Assembly (NCBI GenBank): GCA_965203295.1
Contig: CBDBCZ010000015.1
Location: 1,056,001 to 1,120,000, forward strand
DNA from: Nitrospirales bacterium
GTDB lineage: Bacteria > Nitrospirota > Nitrospiria > Nitrospirales > UBA8639
DNA: 64,000 nt
Direction: 5' to 3'
The notes under the pieces are model-generated. The model made no database searches. It saw nothing but the letters and a program-made list of their open reading frames with translations, and was not told the origin of the DNA. The position numbers were made by a program, and so were the translations under genes. Positions 1 through 10,000 of this stretch are shown piece after piece (the stretch's first letter is position 1; each line of letters begins with the position of its first letter).

Positions 1-3000
1 CAACATTTGTTTAGTTTAAATGATGTTTATCAGATACAATACATACATGCTTAGAAAGTAAGGGTTTTCACTAATAATTGGTACAATTTTAGCTTTATTG
101 GTCTCAGGAAACTTTCAGTCAAAACAACTAGCTACCATTGTTCTGACCCTTCCCAACTGTCTAGGAAAGAAATTGGTTTAAGATTTAATAGCTTGTTAGT
201 TTGAATGATGTTAGTCGGATACAATACATGCTTAGGAAGTATCGATGTTCAAGACCGGAACTGGTTATTCAAAGGCTTGTTTAGTTTGGTTGATGTTAGT
301 CTGAAGATTAGGAAAGAAGGATTTCATTGAAAATTGTTAGATTTGTTGGTCTCTGGCAAAGACTTTAAGCCAAAGTCACTAGCTACCATTGATCTGACCC
401 TTCCCAACTGTTTAGAAAAAGAACTGCTTATTCAAAGGCTTGTTTAGTTGGAATTATGTTAGTCAAATATAATACATGCCTAGGAAGTATCGATGTTCAA
501 GAAAGGAACTGGTTATTCAAAGGCCTGTTTAGTTTGAATGATGTTAGTCTGAAGATTAGGAAAGAAGGATTTTAATGAAAATTATTAGTTTTGTTGGTCT
601 CTAGCAAAGACTTTAAGCCAAAGTAACTAGCTACCATTTATATGACCCTTCCTAACTGTTTAGAAAAAGAACTGGTTATTCAAAGGCCTGTTTAGTTTTG
701 TTGATGTTAGCCGGAAGTTTAGGAAAGAAGGATTTTATTGAAAATTGTTAGTTTTGTTGGTCTCTAGCAAAGACTTTAAGCCAAAAATAACTAGCTGCCA
801 TTGATCTGACCCTTCCCAACTGTTTAGGAAAAGAACTGGTTATTCAAAGGCTTGTTTAGTTTGAATGATGTTAGTCTGAAGATTAGAAAAGAAGGATTTT
901 ATTGAATATTGTTAATTTTGTTGGTCTCTAGCAAAGACTTTAAGCCAAAGTAACTAGCTACCATTTATCTGACCCTTCCCAACTGTTTAGAAAAAGAACT
1001 GGTTATTAAAAGGCCTGTTTAGTTTGAATGATGTTAGTCTTAAGATTAGGAAAGAAGGATTTTATTGATAATTGTTAGTTTTGTTGGTCTCAGGCAAAGA
1101 CTTTCAGCCAAAGTAACTGGCTACCATTAATCTGACTTTTCCCAACTGTTTAGAAAAAGAACTGGTTATTCAAAGCTTGATTAGTTTTAATGATGTTAGT
1201 CTGAAGATTAGGAAAGAAGGAATTTATTGAAAATTGTTAGTTTTGTTGGTCTCATGCAAAGACTTTAAGCCAAAGTAACTAGCTACCATTGATCTGACCC
1301 TTCCCAACTGTTTAGGAGAAGAACTGGTTATTCAAAGGCTTGTTTAGTTTTGTTGATGTTAGCCTGAAGATTAGGTAAGAAGGATTTTATAGAAAATTGT
1401 TAGTTTTGTTGGTCTCTAGCAAAGACTTTAAGCCTAAATAACTAGCTGCCATTGATCTGACCCTTCCCAACTGTTTAGGAAAAGAACTTGTTATTCAAAG
1501 GCTTGTTTAGTTCTGATGATGTTAGTCTGAAGATTAGGAAAGAAGGATTTTATTAAAAATTGTTAATTTTGTTGGTCTCTAGCAAAGACTTTATGCCAAA
1601 GTAACTAGCTACCATTTATCTGACCCTTCCGAACTGTTTAGAAAAAGAACTGGTTATTCAAAGGCCTGTTTAGTTTTGTTGATTTTAGCCTGAAGATTAG
1701 TAAAGAAGGATTTTATTGAAAATCGTTAGTTTTGTTGGTCTCTAGCAAAGACTTTGAGCCAAAGTAACTAGCTACCATTGATCTGACCCTTCCCAACTGT
1801 TTAGGAAAAGAACTTGTTATTCAAAGGCTTCTTTAGTTTGAATGAGGTTAGTCGGATACAATACATTCTTAGGAAGTATCGATGTTAAAAAAAATAACTG
1901 GTTATTCAAAGGCTTGTTTAGTTTTCTTGATGTTAGTCTGCAGATTATAGGAAAGAAGTATTTTATAGAAAATCGTTAGTTTAGTTGGTCTCTAGCAAAG
2001 ACTTTGAGCAAAAGTAACTAGCTACCATTGATCTGTCCCTTCCCAACTGTTTATGAAAAGAACTGGTTATTCAAAGGCTTGATTAGTTTTAATGATGTTA
2101 GTCTGATACAATACATGTTTAGGAAGTGTCGATGTTCAAGAAAGGAACTGGTTATTCAAAGGCTTGTTTAGTTTGGTTGATGTTAGTCTGAAGATTATAG
2201 AAAAGAAGTATTTTATAGAAAATCGTTAGTTTTGTTGGTCTCAGGCAAAGACTTTCAGCCAAAGTAACAAGCTACCATTGATCTGACCCTTCCTAACTGT
2301 TTAGAAAAAGAACTGGTTATTCAAAGGCCTGTTTAGTTTTGTTGATGTTAGCCGGAAGTTTAGGAAAGAAGGATTTTATTGAAAATTGTTAGTTTTGTTG
2401 GTCTCTAGCAAAGACTTTAAGCCAAAAATAACTAGCTGCCATTGATCTGACCCTTCCCAACTGTTTAGGTAAAGAACTGGTTATTCAAAGGCTTGTTTAG
2501 TTTGGATGATGTTAGTCTGAAGATTAGGAAAGAAGGATTTTATTAAAAATTGTTAATTTTGTTGGTCTCTAGCAAAGACTTTAAGCCAAAGTAACTAGCT
2601 ACCATTTATCTGACCCTTCCGAACTGTTTAGAAAAAGAACTTGTTATTCAAAGGCCTGTTTAGTTTTGTTGATTTTAGCCTGAAGATTAGTAAAGAAGGA
2701 TTTTATTGAAAATCGTTAGTTTTGTTGGTCTCTAGCAAAGACTTTGAGCCAAAGTAACTAGCTACCATTGATCTGACCCTTCCCAACTGTTTAGGAAAAG
2801 AACTTGTTATTCAAAGGCTTCTTTAGTTTGAATGAGGTTAGTCAGATACAATACATGCTTAGGAAGTATCGATGTTCAAAAAAATAACTGGTTATTCAAA
2901 GGCTTGTTTAGTTTTCTTGATGTTAGTCTGCAGATTATAGGAAAGAAGTATTTTATAGAAAATCGTTAGTTTTGTTGGTCTCTAGCAAAGACTTTGAGCC

Positions 3001-3570
3001 AAAGTAACTAGCTACCATTGATCCGACCCTTCCCAACTGTTTAGGAAAAGAACTGGTTATTCAAAGGCTTGATTAGTTTTAATGATGTTAGTCGGATACA
3101 ATGCATGTTTAGGAAGTATCAATTGTCAAGAAAGGAACTGGTTATTTAAAGCTTGTTTAGTTTGGTTGATGTTAGTCTGAAGATTAGGAAAGAAGGATTT
3201 TATTTAAAATTGTTAGTTTTGTTGGTCTCAGGCAAAGACTTTCAGCCAAAGTAACAGGCTACCATTGATCTGACCCTTCCTAACTGTTTAGGAAAAGAAC
3301 TAGTTTAAGATTCAATAGCTCGTTTAGTTTGAATGATATTAGTCACATACAATACATACTTAGGAAGTAAGGGTTTTCACTAATAATTGGTACAATTTTA
3401 GCTTTATTGGTCTCAGGAAACTTTCAGTCAAAACAACTAGCTACCATTGATCTGACCCTTACTAACTGTCTAGGTAGAGAACTGGTTTAAGATTCAATAG
3501 CTTGTTTTGTTTGAATGATGTTAGTCAGATAAAATACATTCTTAGGAAGTAAGGGTTTTCACTGAAAATT
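1..3570 (+). repeat. Composite satellite array, block 1 (163-bp A, 85-bp B, C variants)
   Basis: Tandem units start GAACTGGTTATTCAAAGGCTTGTTTAGTTT. A period measured 1321->1484 = 163 bp. C-type units at 1-~170, 3297 and 3479 (the last cut by the island). Internal ~990-bp duplication (CAGATTATAG at 1941 and 2931). Confidence 0.97.
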
Positions 3571-3574
3571 ATCG

Positions 3575-3741
3575 CTACGATCGTCCCATACTCATCCACC
3601 AAACTCATGTCAAGAAGATTGTTGAAATCCCCCCCCCCCCTGAGGGATGGCTCTGGAAGGGAGCTCCGCCATCTACATGATACAGCTCAGCACCAGAACA
3701 CCATGTTTGAATGGCGAAGGTCCAGCCAAGAAACTGCAGTA
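3575..3741 (+). mobile_element. Degenerate BEL/Pao LTR-retrotransposon gag fragment (DUF1759-like), copy 1
   Basis: Translates as YDRPILIHQTHVKKIVEI / LRDGSGRELRHLHDTAQH / NTMFEWRRSSQETAV, with a frameshift in a 12-C run and an internal deletion. Resembles the Pao gag motif YDRPRLIHQTHV..LKDGSGKELRRLHDT..TMFEWQ from memory. Confidence 0.75.
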
Positions 3742-3864
3742 TTGCTGTGAGATTACGGCCTGTGAGTTGCAGGAGCATGTGCATGCATATACATATACGT
3801 ATATGTAGTTGCCTTTGGCTGCTGATTGTGAAAGCTGACCCTTCTTACCCTCTCCCCGTTCAAG

Positions 3865-4459
3865 GATGATCTACCTGGGAGAAAATTTCAGTGGCTTTGT
3901 TACTGTGCACAACGTCAGCCAGGAGGTGGTGAAGGAAACCATCTTTAAGGTAGGTTGCAGCAGAGCCAAGGAGTGAGCGTCTGTACAAAATGTCATGTAA
4001 CAGACAGAACTATGTACGTATATGATCTCTGTCTGGTCTTGCAGTCACCAAGTAATTGAAGCTACATAGTGTCGTGTCGTATTGCCAGTTTTATTTTCAT
4101 GACCATAAAATATCGGTGTGGGAAGGCTTAGTTGCGACCCTAGCAATATTAGGACAAATTATGCATGTAATGCATAGGTATAGGAGATGGCTGACTCTGT
4201 CTGTACTGAAGTTTTGTGTCTGAAGGCCATACAGATCTGCTCCGTTTATATTCCTTATCAGGACAAGTCACAAATGTCTATCGCTAATTGCTGCTATAGT
4301 TACTGCTCACTGCAGCACTTATCTTGAACTTGGCAGTGTGTATAGTAGTTGCGTCTTCACATTGTACAGGTGGAACTATTGACTCCTTCCAGCTGGACCC
4401 GGGGGGAGTTGTTAAGAGCGAATCATAGCGCATGAAGTAAAGGAACTGGGAGAGCACAG
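3865..4459 (+). pseudogene. TRAPPC13: Unprocessed TRAPPC13 fragment (two exons plus intron), copy 1
   Basis: Exon 3865-3949 (pyrimidine tract + AG, GTAGGT donor) encodes MIYLGENFSGFVTVHNVSQEVVKETIFK, like TRAPPC13 [28 protein letters not shown]. Exon 4370-4459 (ACAG acceptor, GTAAGA donor) gives VELLTPS / QLDPGGVV / RIIAHEVKELGEH in three frames, like [30 protein letters not shown]. It is internally deleted and frameshifted. Confidence 0.85.
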
Positions 4460-4641
4460 GTAAGAGATATACGTAGCCTTGATTCGAAGCTATAAGAGAT
4501 ACACATAACTGTCTATGTAGGTAATGAGAGAGTGTATATGCATTGAAGGGAATGGGTGGGTGAGAACATCAACATAGAAGTATGTTATGTAGCTTCATAT
4601 GTGACTTACGTTATTTGGACGTGGATCTATGTCACATTCAC

Positions 4642-5542
4642 CTGTAAAGGATATCTCCACTGTCCCTCCAGTGTTAGGCACGGCCTCAAATGCTTTTTGT
4701 TTGTGAAGTCGCATGCAACACGCCTTTCAAAACCCTCATATAGCGGTTTTTAAAGTACCAATCTCTTGATTTCCTCAACGTTATATATTACTACAGCCTC
4801 ATCTGTACTTCCACCTGCACTGTGCACTCCACAAGAGAAGAACATTTCCTTCGCAAATTTTTCAAGTTCAATGTAAGCATTTTACTGTAAATAGTAAAGC
4901 CATGAGTGTAACTTTGGCATTGATTGTAAGCTGTATTCAGTCTATTGCTGACAGTGTGCTAAATTATGGTCTTGTGTCTCTCTCAAATACAAGTTGCTAA
5001 ACCACTTGATGTAAAGACGAAGTTTTTTAACATAGAGGTATGTACAGAGGTGTGATAAGAGCATTAGCAAAGTGTTCTACGTGTGTAGGGGAATTTATGT
5101 CTGTCAGGTAGCTGAAATTCTATAACCAGCCAGAGCGTGAACAATGGACACAGGGACTGTGCAGAATAGTTACAAAGTACCTGTAGTTGATCACTGATCT
5201 GCTTGTTGAGTTGTCAGTAGATCTACATGTACTATGTACTATAGACGAAATCAAACACCCTGCTTCATTAACAGACCATCTCAAGAAATTGTATAAAGTA
5301 CACTAACCCTGTTCCCATTGTAGCTTGTAGCCTCCACACTATGTATTTTCTGAGTGCCTGGGAATGAGGCCACGTCATTATGTACGTAGTTGATGGCTTG
5401 TGAATGATGAACTGCATAATAAACCACGCAGGATGATATTCTTCTTGAAGTTCAGATCCAGAACTCCACTACAGGTCCAATGTACTCAGAAGTTGTAAAG
5501 TTTGACCCTGCTGCGGGCTTTGAAGCTGTTAATCTCAACAAG
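4642..5542 (-). pseudogene. Three-exon fragment of an unidentified protein-coding gene, copy 1 (more decayed)
   Basis: AG/GT-bounded exons at 5542-5386, ~5222-5181 and 5076-4642. Long frame ...NAYIELEKFAKEMFFSCGVHSAGGSTDEAVVIYNVEEIKRLVL*KPLYEGFERRVACDFTNKKHLRPCLTLEGQWRYPLQ with in-frame stops. The middle exon has a 2-bp deletion relative to copy 2. Confidence 0.55.
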
Positions 5543-6778
5543 CTTGAAAATAGAGATAAAGAGTAAGTCCATTTGAAATGTAAAAAACTGATGCTAACAG
5601 AGGTATAAGAATACATTTGGTTCTGTGTGCGCCTGTGCGTGTGTAACGGATGTGACGTCCACTAATAAACCATGATTGCACGATACTGTAAGTGTAAACC
5701 GTGCACAGCTGTAACTGCTATGCTAGACGTGCATAAAATAAAGTCAGTGCCGTTCATCTACATGTACATGCAGGCTGAAAGATTCCCCGGAACTACTTGA
5801 GTCTGAAAGACTTATGCTAGTTGGTAGGTTGTGCTATGTTTGTGTATATAATATTAAACCGATCTATTCTGGGAGCACTATTTGTAGTTTTTACCACCCA
5901 GATAAACATGAAGTGCACCCCAGCTGGTACTAAGTTATAGTTGTCGTGGACTTTGCCCAGGACAGCTATATTTTGTTTCTTTTTTTGTGGAAAACTATTT
6001 CAGAAGCTTCTGGGAGAGTGTACAAACCATACTACATTAGCTACTACGTATGTGTGAATTAAGCAATTTAATGCACACTCATGTGATCGATTTTGAGACT
6101 TCTGATCTGTTGAAGGTCACATGAGTAGAATTAAGTGTTGCTTATGGTCGGAAAATAGTACAGACATGTATTATGGCAAGATAGCCACTATGGACAGAAT
6201 TAGTAATTTGCTGAAACACTTAACTTCGTCTAGTGTAGCAATATGTACATTGATTGTATCATTGTAACTTAGAACATTCTTGTAACTCATGCCATGAGCC
6301 TTGGGACCATTACTAAAAGTGTCTCATGTATTGCTGGTTTACCTGGAACAGTCTCCTGATTACTGGTAAAAGTGTCTAGGGGATGGTTTAGCTATAACAT
6401 ATTGTGTAAATATAGTAACACATTTGATTATTTCTGTGTAGGTTGGAAGTGAAATGAACATGTCAGATACATGTGCTTTTATCATCTGATAAGTGATATT
6501 GTTTTACCTATGTTCTTTTATTGCTGTAGTTGAATGCTGTATGTGAATGCTTTCTATGTATGTTGTTACCTGTCGCTTGGACACAAGAGTTCAGAAGTAA
6601 AATACGGGCATGCCAGGCACTAATTGCATTCATGCAGGGTTAGGGATGGGGTTGTAGAATCAAGCTCTGTTGTGTCATTGCTACCTTGTTTGGTTACTTT
6701 TTTGCGATTCCATCCCTACATGCTCTTTCATTTTTAAATGATTTCTTTAAAACTTTTATTATTCAGTGTGCTATAATG

Positions 6779-6947
6779 CTACAAAACATTTACTACCATC
6801 TCAATGGTTAGTCTCGGTAGTGGCGGGATACTGTAAGCGATCTCCGACTTGATAGGTGGGCTGGTACCGAGACTACTCGATGGTATACATCCCACCATCC
6901 AGTTCACAGTTGAAGAGAAGGAAAAGGTACTCCTGTTTCTGAATACC
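6779..6947 (+). mobile_element. Penelope-like element reverse-transcriptase fragment, interrupted by a MITE
   Basis: Removing 6809-6875 and one TSD copy restores LQNIYYHLNGIHPTIQFTVEEKEKVLLFLNT, matching the PLE RT motif HLNSIHPxIQFTxExExxxxLPFLD. Confidence 0.7.
6809..6875. mobile_element. 67-bp miniature inverted-repeat element with 9-bp TSD
   Basis: Perfect 11-bp TIR TAGTCTCGGTA (6809-6819) / TACCGAGACTA (6865-6875). Flanks CTCAATGGT (6800-6808) and CTCGATGGT (6876-6884) match at 8 of 9. Confidence 0.8.
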
Positions 6948-6985
6948 AAATCTATTTGAGAATAAATAAGAATACTGGGCATAAC

Positions 6986-7049
6986 TAGCCTTGTACCCAG
7001 GCCTTCCCCGCACTTTCGCGAGTGCAGGGAAGGCCTAGGTATGAGGCTA
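6986..7049. mobile_element. 64-bp fold-back (hairpin) MITE
   Basis: TAGCCTTGTACCCAGGCCTTCCCCGCACT-TTCGCG-AGTGCAGGGAAGGCCTAGGTATGAGGCTA is a near-perfect palindrome. Flanks GGGCATAAC / GGGCTTCCC are a degenerate 9-bp TSD (6/9). Confidence 0.75.
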
Positions 7050-7072
7050 GGGCTTCCCTTCTAGGAGCTGAG

Positions 7073-10000
7073 TAGGAAAAGAACCGGTTATTCAAAGGCT
7101 TGTTTAGTTTGAATGATGTTAGTCAGATACAATACATGCTTAGGAAGTATCGATGTTCAAGAAAGGAACTGGTTATTCAAAGGCCGGTTTAGTTTGGTTG
7201 ATGTTAGTCTGAAGATTACGAAAGAAGGATTTTATTGAAAATTGTTAGTTTTGTTGGTCTCAGGCAAAGACTTTCAGCCAAAGTAACTGGCTACCATTGA
7301 TCTGACCCTTCCCAACTGTTTAGGAAAAGAACTTGTATTCAAAGGCTTGTTTAGTTTGAATGATGTTAGTCAGATACAATACATGCTTAGGAAGTATCGA
7401 TGTTCAAGAAAGGAACTGGTTATTCAAAGGCTGGTTTAGTCTGCTTGATGTTAGTCTGCAGATAAGGAAAGAAGTATTTTATAGAAAATCGTTAGTTTTG
7501 TTGGTCTCTAGCAAAGACTTTGAGCCAAAGTAACTAGCTACCATTTATCTGACCCTTCCCAACTGTTTAGGAAAAGAACTGGTTATTCAAAGGCTTGATT
7601 CGTTTTAATGATGTTAGTCGGATACAATACATGTTTAGGAAGTGTCGATGTTCAAGAAAGGAACTGGTTATTCAAAGGCTTGTTTAGTTTGGTTGATGTT
7701 AGTCTGAAGATTAGGAAAGAAGGATTTTATTGAAAATTGTTAGTTTTGTTGGTCTCAGGCAAAGACTTTAAGCCAAAGTAACTAGCTACCATTGATCTGA
7801 CCCTTCCTAACTGTTTAGGAAAAGAACTGGTTATTCAAAGGCTTGTTTAGTTTGAATGATGTTAGTCTGAAGATTAGGAAAGAAGAATTTTATTGAAAAT
7901 TGTTAGTTTTGTTGGTCTCTAGCAAAGACTTTAAGCCAAAGTAACTAGCTACCATTTATCTGACCCTTCCCAACTGTTTAGAAAAAGAACTGGTTATTCA
8001 AAGGCCTGTTTAGTTTTTTTGACGTTAGCCTGAAGATTAGGAAAGAAGGATTTTATTGAAAATTGTTAGTTTTTTTGGTCTCTAGCAAAGACTTTGAGCC
8101 AAAGTCACTAGCTACCATTGATCTGACCTCTCCCAACTGTTTAGAAAAAGAGCTCATTATTCAAAGGCTTGTTTAGTTTGAATGATATTAGTCAGATACA
8201 ATACATGCTTAGGAAGTATCGATGTTCAAGAAAGGAACTGGTTATTCAAAGGCCGATTTAGTTTGGTTGATGTTAGTCTGAAGATTAGGAAAGAAGAATT
8301 TTACTCAAAAATTGTTATTTGTTTTGTCTCTGGCAAAGACTTTAAGCCAAAGTAACTAGCTACCATTGATTAGGAAAGAAGGATTTTATTGAAAATTGTT
8401 AGTTTTGTTTGTCTCTAGCAAAGACTTTAAGCCAAAGTAACTAGCTACCATTGATCGGACCCTTCCCAACTGTTTAGTAAAAGAACTTGTTATGCAAAGT
8501 CTTGTTTAGTTTGAATGATGTTAGTCTGAAGATTAGGAAAGAAGGATTTTATTGAAAATTGTTAGTTTATTTGGTCACTAGAAAAGACTTTAAGCCAAAG
8601 TAACTAGCTACCATTTATCAGACCCTTCCCAACTGTTTAGAAAATGAGCTGGTTATTCAAAGGCTAGTTTAGTTTGAATGATGTTAGTCAAATACAATAA
8701 TCCTTAGGAAGTATCGATGTTCAAGAAAGGAACTGGTTATTCAAAGGCCGGTTTTGTTTGGTTGATGTTAGCCTGAAGATTAGGAAAGAAGGATTTTATT
8801 GAAAATTGTTAGTTTTGTTGGTCTCTGGCAAAGACTTTCAGCCAAAGTAACTGGCTACCATTGATCTTACTCTTCCCAACTGTTTAGGAAAAGAACTGGT
8901 TATTCTAAAGCTTATTTAGTTTGAATGATGTTAGTCATATACAATACACGCTTAGGAAGTATCGATGTTCAAGAAAGGAACTTGTTATTCAAAGGCTTGT
9001 TTAGTTTGGTTGATGTTAGTCTGAAGATTAGGAAAGAAGGATTTTATTTAAAATTGTTAGTTTTGTTGATCTCAGGCAAAGACTTTCAGCCAAAGTAACT
9101 AGCTACCTTTGATCTGACCCTTCCCAACTGTTTAGGAAAAGAATCTGTTATTCAAAGGCTTGTTTAGTTTGAATGATGTTAGTCAGATACAATACATGCG
9201 TAGGAAGTATCGTTGTTCAAGAAAGGAACTGGTTATTCAAAGGCTAGTTTAGTTTGAATGATGTTAGTCAAATACAATATATCCTTAGGAAGTATCGATG
9301 TTCAAGAAAGGAACTGGTTATTCAAAGGCTTTTTTAATTTTGTTGATGTTAGTCTGCATATTAGGAAAGAAGTATTTTATAGAAAATCGTTAGTTTTGTT
9401 GGTCTAGCTACCATTGATCTGACCCTTCCCTACTGTTTAGGAAAAGAACTGGTTATTGAAAGGCTTGATTAGTTTTAATGATGTTAGTCGGATACAATAC
9501 GTGTTTAGGAAGTGTCGATGTTCAAGAAAGGAACTGGTTATTCAAAGGCTTGTTTAGTTTGGTTGATGTTAGTCTGAAGATTAGGAAAGAAGGATTTTAT
9601 TGAAAATTGTAGTTTTGTTGGTCTCTAGCAAAGACTTTAAGCCAAAGTAACTAGCTACCATTTTTCTGACCCTTCCTAACTGTTAAGAAAAGAACTGGTT
9701 ATTGAAAGGCCTGTTTAGTTTTGTTGATGTTAGCCTGAAGATTAGGAAAAAAGGATTTTATTGATAATTGTTAGTTTTGTTGGTCTCTAGCAAAGACTTA
9801 AGCCAAAGTAACTAGCTACCATTGATCTGACCCTTCCCAACTGTTTAGGAAAAGAACTGGTTATTCAAAGGCTTTTTTAGTTTGAATGATGTTAGTTTGA
9901 AGATTAGGAAAGAAGGATTTTATTGAAAATTGTTAGTTTTGTTGGTCTCTAGCAAAGACTTTAAGCCAAAGTAACTAGCTACCATTTATCTGACCCTTCC

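Larger units (their letters stand above)
3575..5614. repeat. ~2.04-kb duplicated non-satellite segment, copy 1 (copy 2 at 34549-36587)
   Basis: Collinear, same-orientation near-identity from CTACGATCGTCC (3575/34549) to AGGTATAAGAATAC (5614/36587). ORF-track entries 4556-4753 and 35533-35730 are near-identical. Confidence 0.97.

Noticed and set aside
241..262. Pol III B-box-like GTTCAAGACC in some B monomers (tRNA/SINE origin)
   Set aside because: No properly spaced A-box or cloverleaf, and it is present only in a minor variant.
4556..4753. 65-aa plus-strand ORF conserved at 35533-35730
   Set aside because: Conservation reflects the recent DNA duplication. It starts at GTG and lies antisense to the more convincing minus-strand exon.
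5642..5762. Possible solo LTR (TGTAAC...AATAAA...CTACA)
   Set aside because: Only 121 bp, with no matching TSD, PBS or PPT.
6641..6718. hAT-like MITE with TAGGGATGG/CCATCCCTA ends
   Set aside because: Only a 9-bp inverted match and no convincing 8-bp TSD.
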